A stretch of 51,395 nucleotides of DNA from an uncultured Candidatus Saccharibacteria bacterium (GCA_964652125.1 CAZZAE010000003.1:1-51395), one strand, 5' to 3'. Shown: positions 1 through 10,135, numbered from the stretch's first letter. Notes: generated by a model from the letters alone, not told the origin. Program-made: numbers and translations.

Positions 1-74
1 CTACCTATACTGAGTACACAAGAACGTATTAACAAATAAAACAAACGAAAAAAGCTTAAAAAGGGGAACTATTC

Positions 75-323
75 ATGGCCAAAAGTATAACTATCTTCAC
101 TACTAATACTTGCGCTTACTGTGTAATGGTAAAGCGTTGGTTGGGCGCTAAGGGCTTCACTTACGATGAAGTTAATTTAGACGAAAATCCAGACCGCCAA
201 GCCGAGGCAATGCAAATGAGTGGCCAATTGGCAGTCCCCGTAACTATTGTTACCAAACAAGATGACAGCCAGGAAGTAATAGTTGGCTATAACTTAGCTA
301 AACTCGCTCCCGCTGTTGCCTAA
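75..323 (+). CDS. glutaredoxin-like small redox protein (NrdH/YruB type)
   Basis: 82 aa. CxxC motif (TCAYC) directly after the first beta strand, and a later VPV cis-Pro motif. GGGGA RBS about 7 nt upstream. Confidence 0.8.
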   Translation: MAKSITIFTTNTCAYCVMVKRWLGAKGFTYDEVNLDENPDRQAEAMQMSGQLAVPVTIVTKQDDSQEVIVGYNLAKLAPAVA

Positions 324-354
324 TAGATAGCTACAAATAATTAGACCACTAGTT

Positions 355-383
355 TTGACTGGGACGAGTGAGCTTTCAATATT
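355..383 (+). promoter_or_regulatory. sigma70-type promoter for trxB (TTGACT-17-AATATT)
   Basis: TTGACT at 355..360, a 17-nt spacer, then AATATT at 378..383. Located in the 116-nt nrdH-trxB spacer. Confidence 0.4.
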
Positions 384-439
384 GATTTAGCTTGTGATTT
401 GGCGCTGAGAGATGACGCTAGTAGAATAAAGAGGAACTT

Positions 440-1429
440 ATGAGTAAAACACAAACTACAACGCCAAAAGTTTGGGATGTAATTATGATTGGAGCGGGAC
501 CAGCTGCACTCAGTGCAGCTATTTACACTACCCGTGAGGATTTGACTACACTTATGATCGAAAAAGGTCCAATTGGCGGACTTGCCGCTGTAACTGATTG
601 GGTTGATAATTATCCCGGTTTTCCTAAAGGTATTTCCGGCTTGGACTTGTCTGAAAATTTACGTCTTCAAGCCGAGCGCTTCGGTGCCCAGTTTGAGTAT
701 AGTGATGTCAAAGAAATTGTAGACGAGAAAAATACCAAGCTAATTAAGACTGATGTTGGTGACTTTCGAGCTAAGTCAGTATTGATCGCTACTGGAAGCG
801 ATTATAAAAAAGTAGGCGTTCCAGGCGAAAAAGAATATTACGCAAGGGGAGTGCATTACTGTGCGACTTGTGACGGTGCCTTTTACCGTGATAAGAAATT
901 GGTAGTTATAGGTGGTGGTAATTCCGCCGTCCAGGAAAGCTTGTTTTTAACTCGGTTCGCCAGTCATATAGATATGTTGGTACGAAGTCAACTCAAGGCC
1001 AGCGATGTGCTTTTGCATGAGCTAGAGAAAAATCCAAAAATCAGCGTACATTTGGGCGTCACCACTGATGAAATTGTTGGCGACAAGCCGGTGAGCGAAG
1101 GTGGAAAAGTATTAAAAGTAATTGGTACTGAAAGTGGTAAAAAAGTTGAATTTCTAACTGATGGAGTCTTCGTTTTCGTTGGATTAATGCCCAACACTCA
1201 ATTCTTAAAGAATATTGAACTTGACGAAATTGGCTTCGTTAAAACCAATCTGCATCTTGCTACAAATATGCCAGGAGTATTTGCGGCTGGTGATGTCAGA
1301 AGCGGGGCCACTATGCAGGTAGCTAGCGCAGTGGGTGAAGGTGCAACCGCGGCTTTAATGATCCGCCAATATTTAGAAGGCCGCATGATGGAGCACGAGC
1401 CCATGATGGCAACCGTGACTACGGGATAA
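440..1429 (+). CDS. trxB: thioredoxin-disulfide reductase
   Basis: GAGPAALSAAIY FAD-binding motif, redox-active CATC, GGGNSAVQE NADPH-binding motif, and AAGD near the C-terminus. AAGAGGA RBS. Confidence 0.93.
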   Translation: MSKTQTTTPKVWDVIMIGAGPAALSAAIYTTREDLTTLMIEKGPIGGLAAVTDWVDNYPGFPKGISGLDLSENLRLQAERFGAQFEYSDVKEIVDEKNTKLIKTDVGDFRAKSVLIATGSDYKKVGVPGEKEYYARGVHYCATCDGAFYRDKKLVVIGGGNSAVQESLFLTRFASHIDMLVRSQLKASDVLLHELEKNPKISVHLGVTTDEIVGDKPVSEGGKVLKVIGTESGKKVEFLTDGVFVFVGLMPNTQFLKNIELDEIGFVKTNLHLATNMPGVFAAGDVRSGATMQVASAVGEGATAALMIRQYLEGRMMEHEPMMATVTTG

Positions 1430-2143
1430 TTATTTTAAATCGGCTGTGTAGTTGGGGAAAAAGTCTAGGACCAAATTGGATTTATTAACTCCTTGGGCCA
1501 AAATATCCGTTTCTAGGGCTTCCACCATAGGTTCGGGTCCTGACACGTAGATGCGTTTGTCGCCAAAATCTCCAGTCAATTCGATTATCTTGTCAGCAGA
1601 TAATTTACCAACTAAACCCTGCCAACTTGGTGTTGGTGTGCTAACTATTACCTGAACCTCAGCACCATAGCTTTTAAATAAATCTTCAAAAAGTATATCT
1701 TTTGGTTGGTTGAAGGCCAGTAAGACCTGCACTTCACGCCGTTCTTTTACTTCAATCAGCCACTTTATTATGCTGTGATAGGGTGTCAGTCCCATGCCAC
1801 CAGCTATAAAAATGAGTGGAATTGATTTATCTTTGGGCAATACAAAATCTCCCATTGGTTCAACAATCTTAATCTTACTACCAGGCTTTAGGCTAAATAG
1901 AGTTTTTTTGAAAGTGCTACTTTTTGATCCCGCATATTTAGTTGTAATACTAATTAATTTGTCAGTTGGTGCTGATGACAACGTAAACCAATGTTTAACG
2001 CCGCGTTCATCGGGGTTATCGTGTGGCAGAAACATTTCAATAAACTGACCAGCACTATATCTAAGTGGCCGATTTGGCAAAAACCAAAAAGTTCTGACAT
2101 TATAATTTTCTTGATGAGTGCGGTCTAGTGTTACCTCTAGCAT
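1430..2143 (-). CDS. FNR-like FAD/NAD(P)-binding oxidoreductase (ferredoxin reductase-type domain only)
   Basis: 237 aa. RxYS motif (LRYSAGQF) and GGMGLTP NAD-binding motif. No Fe-S domain. Confidence 0.7.
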   Translation of the reverse strand: MLEVTLDRTHQENYNVRTFWFLPNRPLRYSAGQFIEMFLPHDNPDERGVKHWFTLSSAPTDKLISITTKYAGSKSSTFKKTLFSLKPGSKIKIVEPMGDFVLPKDKSIPLIFIAGGMGLTPYHSIIKWLIEVKERREVQVLLAFNQPKDILFEDLFKSYGAEVQVIVSTPTPSWQGLVGKLSADKIIELTGDFGDKRIYVSGPEPMVEALETDILAQGVNKSNLVLDFFPNYTADLK

Positions 2144-2225
2144 TGTTACCCTTTTTGGACTTATACTCTCAACAACTTAGTGTACAATATTACAAGTAAA
2201 TTACACCCGAACGAAAGGACAAAAA

Positions 2226-2753
2226 GTGACTGATTTTAATAAGACTTTAACGCCAGGTGACTACACCAACGGTGTCGTTAATACGGTCGTTGAAATACCT
2301 AAGGGTTCGACTATGAAGATTGAATGGGACCGAGAACGAGCGACTTTTGTGCTTGACAGAGTAGAGCCTGGGATTTTTGCTAAGCCATGTAACTACGGAT
2401 TTATACCCCAAACGCTAGATGATGATGGTGATGAATTGGATACCTTGATTGTTACCGACGAACCACTGACTACAGGTGTATGGCTAGAAGCTAAAGTTAT
2501 TGGTGTGATGAACTTCGTTGATGATGGAGATAACGATCATAAAATAGTCGTAGTGCCGGCCGATGACCGTAACAGTGGCGATCAAGTAAAAACAGTTGAT
2601 GATTTAGGTGAACGCTGGAAGCAAAAAGTTGCCCACCACTTTAACCACTATAAGGATCTTAAAAAACCTGGTTCAACCAAAGTCTTGGGCTGGGGCGATA
2701 TTGAAGATGCCAAAAAAATTATCGCCGAGTCCATTGGTCGGTACAAGAAGTAG
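2226..2753 (+). CDS. ppa: inorganic pyrophosphatase, family I
   Basis: VVEIPKGS..KIEWD, YGFIPQTLDDDGDELD and the KIVVVP motif. GTG start with an AAAGGA RBS. Confidence 0.92.
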   Translation: MTDFNKTLTPGDYTNGVVNTVVEIPKGSTMKIEWDRERATFVLDRVEPGIFAKPCNYGFIPQTLDDDGDELDTLIVTDEPLTTGVWLEAKVIGVMNFVDDGDNDHKIVVVPADDRNSGDQVKTVDDLGERWKQKVAHHFNHYKDLKKPGSTKVLGWGDIEDAKKIIAESIGRYKK

Positions 2754-2839
2754 TATCTTTGCCAAGTTTACAGTTGCGAACGGGGTGGAATATCTATACA
2801 ATTGTCTTGAAAACTACTAATGCTTAAAACGAGGTTAAA

Positions 2840-3910
2840 ATGAAGATAAGGGTGGCAATAAATGGTTTTGGACGCATAGGTCGAAACGCTTTTAAGGTAG
2901 CGTTTGAGCGAACTGATGTAGAGATTGTAGCTATAAATGATTTAACAGATACTAAGACGCTAGCGCATTTACTTAAATACGATAGCAATTACGGTCGTTA
3001 TGAACATAAAGTCGATTTTGACGAGCAAAACATTATTGTCGACAGCAAACCAGTAAAAGTCTTGGCCGAAAAGGACCCTGCCGCACTACCTTGGCGCGAT
3101 TTAAAAATTGATGTCGTAATTGAATCTACTGGTTTTTTTGTCGATCCAGCTAAAGCCAAAGCTCACATCGATGCCGGTGCTAAAAAAGTCGTAATCTCAG
3201 CGCCTGCTAAAGGCGAAGGTGCCGATACGATAGTACTGGGAGTAAATGAAGACAAACTAGCCACTAGCGGAGATATTATCAGTAATGCAAGTTGTACTAC
3301 CAACTGCATCACTCCAGTGGCAGCAGTAATTCATAGTGAGTTTGGTATAGAAAAAGCTATGATGACGACCGTTCACAGCTATACTGCTAGCCAACGATTG
3401 CAAGACGCCCCGGCCAAGGATTTGCGCGAAGCTCGCAGTGCTGCTGAAAACATTGTTCCAACGACAACCGGAGCCTCTATTGCCGCGGCTAAAGCCATGC
3501 CAGAACTAGTAGGAATATTTGGCGGTCTAAGTATTAGAGTACCAACACCAGTGGTATCATTGAGTGATTTTGTAATTATTACCAAAAGCCCCGTAACAGT
3601 TGAAACTGTCAACGAAGCTTTTAAACGAGCTGCAAAAAATACCTACTTTCAAGGAATACTGGACGTAACAGAAGAAGAACTTGTAAGCAGTGATTTCATT
3701 GGTAATACCCACTCAGCTATAGTTGATCTTAAGCTAACTGCCGTTGTTGGCGGTAACATGCTTAAAGTCGTTGCTTGGTACGACAATGAATGGGGTTACT
3801 CCAACCGTCTAGTTGAAATAGTTGCCGATGCTGGTAGACTACTGCAACCAAAGTCAGAAGAGCCGGCCACACCAGCTCCTATAACCGCCATTCCCATTGC
3901 CACCAACTAA
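2840..3910 (+). CDS. gap: glyceraldehyde-3-phosphate dehydrogenase
   Basis: INGFGRIGR, active-site SNASCTTNC and WYDNEWGYS. Short Pro/Ala-rich C-terminal tail. Confidence 0.95.
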   Translation: MKIRVAINGFGRIGRNAFKVAFERTDVEIVAINDLTDTKTLAHLLKYDSNYGRYEHKVDFDEQNIIVDSKPVKVLAEKDPAALPWRDLKIDVVIESTGFFVDPAKAKAHIDAGAKKVVISAPAKGEGADTIVLGVNEDKLATSGDIISNASCTTNCITPVAAVIHSEFGIEKAMMTTVHSYTASQRLQDAPAKDLREARSAAENIVPTTTGASIAAAKAMPELVGIFGGLSIRVPTPVVSLSDFVIITKSPVTVETVNEAFKRAAKNTYFQGILDVTEEELVSSDFIGNTHSAIVDLKLTAVVGGNMLKVVAWYDNEWGYSNRLVEIVADAGRLLQPKSEEPATPAPITAIPIATN

Positions 3911-3924
3911 AGGAACAAAAGTCT

Positions 3925-4371
3925 ATGAAAATATATATTGGCGCTGATCATAGAGGGTTTTACTTAAAAAAAGATCTAGTGGAGTTTTTGCAGCGTTCAG
4001 GATATGACGTAGTCGATGAGGGTGATAAACAATTAAACCCCGAGGATGACTTTCCGCAATTTGCGGGTAGGGTGGCAACTAATGTGCTGGCAAGTGATGA
4101 TCCAGACCCTCGTGGCATCCTATTATGTGGTAGTGGCCAGGGTATGTGCATTGCTGCCAATCGCTTTCGAGGAATACGAGCGGCCCTAGCCTATGACGCA
4201 GCGGCAGCGAAGAGTAGTCGCAATGATGATGATAGCAACGTACTTTGCCTACCAGCAGATATTTTAAAGAAAGATAAAGCTAACCAAATTGCGATAACTT
4301 GGCTGTCTACTTCTTTTGCTGATGCCAGACGCTTTCGTCGTCGAAATAAAGAGCTAGATGAGCTAGGTTAA
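3925..4371 (+). CDS. rpiB: ribose-5-phosphate isomerase B
   Basis: IYIGADHRGF and LLCGSGQGMCIAANR motifs. 148 aa. Confidence 0.9.
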   Translation: MKIYIGADHRGFYLKKDLVEFLQRSGYDVVDEGDKQLNPEDDFPQFAGRVATNVLASDDPDPRGILLCGSGQGMCIAANRFRGIRAALAYDAAAAKSSRNDDDSNVLCLPADILKKDKANQIAITWLSTSFADARRFRRRNKELDELG

Positions 4372-4373
4372 TT

Positions 4374-5018
4374 ATGGCGATTATATGTCCAACAGTTTTA
4401 GCCGGTAATGAACACACTTATAGGCAGCAGATGGAGCGGGTAGCTAAGTTTGCTAAGCGGATTCAAATTGATTTAATGGATGGAGTTTTTGCGCCCCATA
4501 AATCGGTAGGAATTGAAAGTGTTTGGTGGCCAGTCGGCGTAACAGCTGATATACATCTCATGTATCAAAACCCAGATGATCAACTAGCTTCTTTGGTAGC
4601 ATTAAACCCAAACTTAGTAATAGTGCACGCTGAGGCTGATGGAGATTTTTATAATTTGTCAGAAACTCTAAAAGATAAAGGCATTAGGGTTGGATTGGCT
4701 CTTTTAAAAGACACACCGGTGTCAAAAATTGAACCGGTACTAGACACAATTGATCATGTCCTTATATTCAGTGGACAATTGGGCAGTTTTGGCGGCCAGG
4801 CTGACCTAGATCTACTGGAGAAAGTTCAAGCCATTAAAGTTATCAATCCGGCAATTGAGATTGGTTGGGACGGCGGTATCAACGAGCTAAATACGCAGCA
4901 ATTAGTAGCTGGTGGTGTTGATGTCCTAAACGTCGGTGGATTCTTGCAACGAGCCCCACATCCCCATGATGCTTATGCTAGACTAGAAGTACTGGTACAA
5001 GCAGTTAATAATGGCTAA
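4374..5018 (+). CDS. rpe: ribulose-phosphate 3-epimerase family protein (divergent)
   Basis: IDLMDGVFAP, DIHLM, VHAEA, SGQLGSFGGQ and IGWDGGI match the Rpe TIM-barrel motif order but are divergent. Confidence 0.7.
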   Translation: MAIICPTVLAGNEHTYRQQMERVAKFAKRIQIDLMDGVFAPHKSVGIESVWWPVGVTADIHLMYQNPDDQLASLVALNPNLVIVHAEADGDFYNLSETLKDKGIRVGLALLKDTPVSKIEPVLDTIDHVLIFSGQLGSFGGQADLDLLEKVQAIKVINPAIEIGWDGGINELNTQQLVAGGVDVLNVGGFLQRAPHPHDAYARLEVLVQAVNNG

Positions 5019-5868
5019 AAAACTTACAATTGAGGAGCTAGAGCTCAAAGCTACCCAGATCCGTGAGGATATTATTAAGATGCTCCTAGAAGCGGGTAGT
5101 GGTCATAGTGCCGGACCACTCGGTCTGGCTGATGTCTTTACGGCTCTTTATTTTGACATTTTAAAACACGATCCTGGCAAACCTAATTGGGATCAGCGCG
5201 ATATCTTGGTGCTGAGTAATGGTCATTGTGTACCGGTGCAATATGCCACCATGGCGAATGCTGGTTACTTTGAACGAAGCGAACTAATGACACTTCGAAA
5301 ACTAGGATCACGACTGCAGGGTCATCCGGAACGACAGCGCCTTCCTGGCCTGGAAACTACCAGTGGACCACTTGGTTGTGGGCTCAGCCAAGCCGCAGGT
5401 ATGGCTTTGGCTTTGCGCATGAACAAAGACAAGTTCCGTTGGGTATATGTCGTCATGAGCGATGGAGAACAAGATGAGGGAAATGTCTGGGAAGCAGCTA
5501 TGTTATGTGCTAAATACAAACTAAATAATGTTATAGCCCTGACTGATAGAAATAATATACAAATTGACGGACCAACTGAATCCATAATGCCGCTAGAGGA
5601 CTTGAAGGCAAAGTGGGAAGCTTTTGGTTGGCACGTTATCGAAATAGATGGCAATAATATGGAAGCAATAATCGATGCCTATGCCATGGGCCGCGCAATT
5701 GTAGAAAAACCGACCATGATATTGGCTCACACAGTTCCTGGTAAAGGCGTAGATTTTATGGAATACGATTTCCACTGGCACGGGAAACCACCTGATGAAG
5801 CAGAAGCCAAAACAGCTTTACTTGAGCTCCGTACCTTAAAGGGCAAGATAAAGTCGGAGCATCAATAA
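5011..5868 (+). CDS. transketolase, N-terminal (TPP-binding) subunit
   Basis: GSGHSAGPLG and SDGEQDEGNVWEA TPP motif. Overlaps rpe by 8 nt. Confidence 0.92.
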   Translation: MAKKLTIEELELKATQIREDIIKMLLEAGSGHSAGPLGLADVFTALYFDILKHDPGKPNWDQRDILVLSNGHCVPVQYATMANAGYFERSELMTLRKLGSRLQGHPERQRLPGLETTSGPLGCGLSQAAGMALALRMNKDKFRWVYVVMSDGEQDEGNVWEAAMLCAKYKLNNVIALTDRNNIQIDGPTESIMPLEDLKAKWEAFGWHVIEIDGNNMEAIIDAYAMGRAIVEKPTMILAHTVPGKGVDFMEYDFHWHGKPPDEAEAKTALLELRTLKGKIKSEHQ

Positions 5869-6851
5869 TGGATACCCATTTAGTTGATAATATTACAAGT
5901 AAAGATTTAGTAACTGAACCGATTCGTAAAGGCTTTGGTCGTGGACTTTTAAAAGCTGGTCAAACTTTCGAGGATGTAGTCGCCGCCTGTGCTGATTTAA
6001 CCGAATCGACGCAAATGCATTTATTTAAGGAGGCATATCCTGAGCGTTTTATAGAAGTTGGAGTCGCCGAGCAAAATCTCGTCACAATTGGTTCAGGTCT
6101 AGCAGCTCAAGGCAAAATTCCATTTGTTAGTAGTTATGCTGCATTTAGCCCTGGTAGAAACTGGGAACAAATTCGGACTACCATTGCCCTAAATAACCAA
6201 CCTGTAAAAATTATTGGTTCCCATGCCGGTGTGTCAGTTGGCCCAGACGGAGCCACCCATCAAATGTTGGAAGATATTGCCCTAATGAGAGCTCTGCCAA
6301 ACATGGTAGTAATTGCTCCAGGCGATAGTTTAGAAGCTGAACGGGCAACTCTGGCTATGGCGGCCGATAAAGAGCACCCAACCTATATGCGCTTAGCCCG
6401 CGAAGCCACGCCTATCATTAGCACTCCCAAAACTCCATTTGAGATCGGGAAAGCATATGTCTACGCTCAGGGAAGTGATATTACAATTGTCAGTACAGGA
6501 ACTATGACCTATCAAGCACTACTGGCTGCTGAAAAATTGTTTAAAGATGGTATCGACCTTGAAGTCATCCATGTACCAACTATTAAACCGCTCGATAAAG
6601 TGACAATACTAAACAGTGTGCGTAAAACTGGAATGGTAATAACGGCTGAGGAAGGTCAAATTAACGGTGGTCTGGGTGGAGCCGTGGCAGAACTACTAGG
6701 CGAAGAACACCCGGTACCCATGCGCCGGATTGGAATGCGGGACCGCTTTGGAGAATCTGGCAACCCTGAAGAATTATTAGAGCATTTTGGTCTGACTGCT
6801 AAGCACATTGCTTTAGCGGCCCACGAATTAACACATAAACATAGGAACTAA
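5868..6851 (+). CDS. transketolase, C-terminal (pyrimidine-binding) subunit
   Basis: VGVAEQNLV and GPDGATHQMLEDIALMR motifs. TAATG overlap with the N-terminal subunit. Confidence 0.92.
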   Translation: MDTHLVDNITSKDLVTEPIRKGFGRGLLKAGQTFEDVVAACADLTESTQMHLFKEAYPERFIEVGVAEQNLVTIGSGLAAQGKIPFVSSYAAFSPGRNWEQIRTTIALNNQPVKIIGSHAGVSVGPDGATHQMLEDIALMRALPNMVVIAPGDSLEAERATLAMAADKEHPTYMRLAREATPIISTPKTPFEIGKAYVYAQGSDITIVSTGTMTYQALLAAEKLFKDGIDLEVIHVPTIKPLDKVTILNSVRKTGMVITAEEGQINGGLGGAVAELLGEEHPVPMRRIGMRDRFGESGNPEELLEHFGLTAKHIALAAHELTHKHRN

Positions 6852-6854
6852 ATA

Positions 6855-7766
6855 ATGCCGCAAACTTTAGAACAAACAAAATTAAGTTGTCAAAAAGCTC
6901 GAGCTGCCATGCAACGGGCAAGGGATGAACATTTTGCATTGGGGGCTTTTAATCTAGATAATCAAGAAACCTTAATAGCAGTTGCCAAAGCTGCTCGAGC
7001 TAAAAACTCACCAGTGCTTGTGGAAGTCAGCAAAGGTGAAGTTGATCTTATGGGACTCAACAATGTTCGAGACATGGTCAATAACTATAAAACGGCATTT
7101 GGGCTTGAAATTTATATAAACCTTGATCATTCGCCATCTGTGCAAGATGCCATAGACGGAATTGAAGCCGGATTTGAATTTATTCACATTGATATTTCCC
7201 AGGCTAATCATGATGCTACCGAGCAGGAAATAATTGCCGAAACTAAAAAAGTAGTAGAGGCAGCCAAGAAGACTGGTGCATTAGTGGAGAGCGAACCCCA
7301 CTATTTTGGAGGAGGATCTAATGTCTTTGATAAAGCTTTTGACTATGAGGAAATTAAAAAGACATTTAGCACTCCAGAAGGGGCTAAGAACTTTGTCGAT
7401 CAATCAGGCATAGATACCTATGCCGCAGCAATTGGAAATCTTCATGGTCATTATCCAATTCCCAAAGTCTTAGATTTAGAACTACTACAGCGAATTCGCC
7501 AAGCCTTAACTTGTAATATTAGTTTGCACGGTGGTAGCGGCACACCAGAACATTACTTTATTGAGGCAGTTAAGATAGGTGTTTCTAAAGTAAATATTAA
7601 TACCGACATGCGAATTGCCTACCGTAAAACACTTGAAAAAGTTCTAGCCGATAATCCCAGTGAGTTTGCCGTTGTAAAACTAATGGATACTGTCATTGGT
7701 GCAGTCCAAGCCGTGGTGGAGAGCAAGATAGATATGTTTAATTCCGCAGGCAAAGCCCAGCCATAA
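6855..7766 (+). CDS. fba: class II fructose/tagatose-bisphosphate aldolase
   Basis: Class II aldolase motif order: NLDHS, IHIDIS, NLHG, SLHGGSGTP. Confidence 0.88.
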   Translation: MPQTLEQTKLSCQKARAAMQRARDEHFALGAFNLDNQETLIAVAKAARAKNSPVLVEVSKGEVDLMGLNNVRDMVNNYKTAFGLEIYINLDHSPSVQDAIDGIEAGFEFIHIDISQANHDATEQEIIAETKKVVEAAKKTGALVESEPHYFGGGSNVFDKAFDYEEIKKTFSTPEGAKNFVDQSGIDTYAAAIGNLHGHYPIPKVLDLELLQRIRQALTCNISLHGGSGTPEHYFIEAVKIGVSKVNINTDMRIAYRKTLEKVLADNPSEFAVVKLMDTVIGAVQAVVESKIDMFNSAGKAQP

Positions 7767-7835
7767 GCGGATTGCGTTTATCGCAGTATTTGTGGCACAA
7801 TTACTGAGTCAATAATATAAACAGAAAGTGGTGGG

Positions 7836-8840
7836 ATGAGCATACCTCAACCAGACGTCATATCAGTCGGCGACATTGTCACAGATAATTTTATAAAGCT
7901 CTTTGATGATCAGGCTCATACTTATGCCAATGAAAATGGTGATTGGCTAGCTATGCCCTTTGGCACTAAAGTCCCTTTTGACCACTCAGAAGTTATACCG
8001 GCCGTTGGAAATGCTGCCAATGCTGCTGTAAGTTTCGCTCGACTGGGATTGAAAAGTTCTTTTGTGACCAATGTTGGCGAAGACCATTATGGCCGCGATA
8101 TGATAAGGGCACTGCATAAAAATAAAGTCGATAGCCGATTTGTGCACATTAACCCAGATAAAGTTAGTAATTATCATTATGTACTGTGGTACAAGGAAGA
8201 ACGCACAATATTAATAAAGCACGAGGAATATGAGTACTTTTGGCCTCATTTAAGAGCCAATGAAATACCGCGCTGGATATATTTTAGCTCCATCAGCAAA
8301 AAAGCTATGGATTTTCATGACGAGTTGGCTTCCTGGCTTGATAAACATGATGAAGTTAAACTTGCTTTTCAACCTGGAACTTTTCAAATGGAAGCTGGCG
8401 TAGACCGTTTGCACCGTATTTACAGGCGTAGTGAAGTTTTAATACTCAACCGTGAAGAAGCAGCTTTAGTGGGCGGAGGCAAACATAGTGACGTCAATAA
8501 TTTAATTGATCATCTCCATGCACTCGGACCAAAAATAGTGGTTGTAACAGATGGACCCGATGGTGCCTATGCCAGTGATGGAAACAACCGCTTTAAAATG
8601 CCACTTTATCCAGATCCCAAACCGCCATTTGAACGTACAGGAGCTGGTGATGCCTTTGCTTCAACTTTTGTAGCTGCACTTATTAAGGGCAACACCATTG
8701 AAGGAGCGTTGCAACTCGCACCTATTAACTCAATGAGTGTCGTTCAGCAGGTAGGTGCCCAGCGCGGTCTACTAGGCGAAGACGAACTCGAAGAGCTGTT
8801 AAAAAAAGCGCCAGAGTGGTACAAACCAACCAACTTTTGA
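7836..8840 (+). CDS. PfkB-family carbohydrate/nucleoside kinase
   Basis: N-terminal VGDIVTD, GNAANAA, and the C-terminal signature TGAGDAFASTF. Substrate not assignable. Confidence 0.8.
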   Translation: MSIPQPDVISVGDIVTDNFIKLFDDQAHTYANENGDWLAMPFGTKVPFDHSEVIPAVGNAANAAVSFARLGLKSSFVTNVGEDHYGRDMIRALHKNKVDSRFVHINPDKVSNYHYVLWYKEERTILIKHEEYEYFWPHLRANEIPRWIYFSSISKKAMDFHDELASWLDKHDEVKLAFQPGTFQMEAGVDRLHRIYRRSEVLILNREEAALVGGGKHSDVNNLIDHLHALGPKIVVVTDGPDGAYASDGNNRFKMPLYPDPKPPFERTGAGDAFASTFVAALIKGNTIEGALQLAPINSMSVVQQVGAQRGLLGEDELEELLKKAPEWYKPTNF

Positions 8841-8869
8841 TTGTGACCGCTTACTCCTTATGCTAATCT
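8841..8869 (+). promoter_or_regulatory. promoter TTGTGA-17-(TGc)TAATCT, 10 nt upstream of the ATG
   Basis: -35 at 8841..8846, extended -10 TGcTAATCT at 8861..8869, ATG at 8880. No SD in between. Confidence 0.45.
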
Positions 8870-8879
8870 TATTGTAAGT

Positions 8880-10133
8880 ATGACGAGGATGTTATCGGAA
8901 TTGCTGGCTGCCCCGGAGCCAAGTTTTACCAGTGTTCTTCAACACCTGGAGACAGAAAGTGGCCATCCGGATATTGATGTCAGACTATCAGCAGATATTA
9001 CTAAAAACGCCCATCTCAAAATTAAGGAGCTTGGTCTTGATCCTAACGACACTAATGGTCGTGAGCTCTACCATGCCCTGCAATCTCTGGTACAAAAACA
9101 CAATGATTTTCTAACCAAGGCTGTCGGCGGTGATGACCCCACTGATGTAGCGGATCTAATCCCCCGACTTATTGCTGCTGTTAAAAACTTGCCAATTATC
9201 AAATCATCGTGGGCCCTGAAACACAGTTCTGCTAAGAGACTACTTAAAACTACGCCACCTAAAAAAGTAATGAAGCATCTTGGCTATCGCTCAATAGATT
9301 CTATGTTAAAGCGTGAAGATATTGATGAGCTTTATGCTTCGCTTAGGTTTGCCGAATCAGCCAGTTGGTTAAACCGATTTATTACCAGTTACAAAAAACT
9401 CCAACCCAATGATTTTGAAACCAGAGATATTAGTATTATCGCTATGACATCTGACAAGTGGGGAGACTTATCTCAAGATTTTGTTTATAGCCATCATCAT
9501 AATATAGCCTCTCTTAAGGAAATGGGGGTAATAGCGGTTTTGCCGATGCCCGTGGATAGATTACAAGGTGTTAGTATCACTGTTTTACCGCTTTTAATAC
9601 ATTATATTAACGAACTGCGTCTCTACAGCGCGTTTTTTAAACTTCAGCAGGTCAAACCCCATTTTGCCAATATCGTAATTAATACTATTGCTCGGGATCC
9701 AAAGAATACTGCAACCGTTGCTGGCCAACCAGTTCATTGGCGTGTAATCCAACAACACTTCGGCAAGGGTAATATTAATCATCCGGAAGTTTTCGAGCCT
9801 CACGTTCAACCGGATGACCTGGCTTGGAAAAGTGCGGAAGATATTCTTTATACTCTAGAGCCAGCTTTAAAGTTTTGGCAAGATTTGGACCATGTTGCCG
9901 TTATGCACGATGGTCGGCCAGTACCATTTGGACTGCGAGATAACGCAGTCAGTTTTTGTAATTCTTTGCCTTATGGGCAGCAATCTAGCCAAAATTTTCA
10001 AGATAATTTAACCAGTGAGATATTCGTGCGCTATCTTGGACAAGAATCAATTGAAGAACAAGTCGTTAAACAACTGGACAATGGAATTGCTGATCCGAAA
10101 CTTATGATTGAGAATTTACGGAGCCTATTTTAA
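8880..10133 (+). CDS. hypothetical protein (417 aa, no recognisable motif)
   Basis: Long ORF with globular-looking composition, its own promoter-like element, and tight coupling to the downstream LOG-like gene. Confidence 0.6.
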   Translation: MTRMLSELLAAPEPSFTSVLQHLETESGHPDIDVRLSADITKNAHLKIKELGLDPNDTNGRELYHALQSLVQKHNDFLTKAVGGDDPTDVADLIPRLIAAVKNLPIIKSSWALKHSSAKRLLKTTPPKKVMKHLGYRSIDSMLKREDIDELYASLRFAESASWLNRFITSYKKLQPNDFETRDISIIAMTSDKWGDLSQDFVYSHHHNIASLKEMGVIAVLPMPVDRLQGVSITVLPLLIHYINELRLYSAFFKLQQVKPHFANIVINTIARDPKNTATVAGQPVHWRVIQQHFGKGNINHPEVFEPHVQPDDLAWKSAEDILYTLEPALKFWQDLDHVAVMHDGRPVPFGLRDNAVSFCNSLPYGQQSSQNFQDNLTSEIFVRYLGQESIEEQVVKQLDNGIADPKLMIENLRSLF

Positions 10134-10135
10134 AA

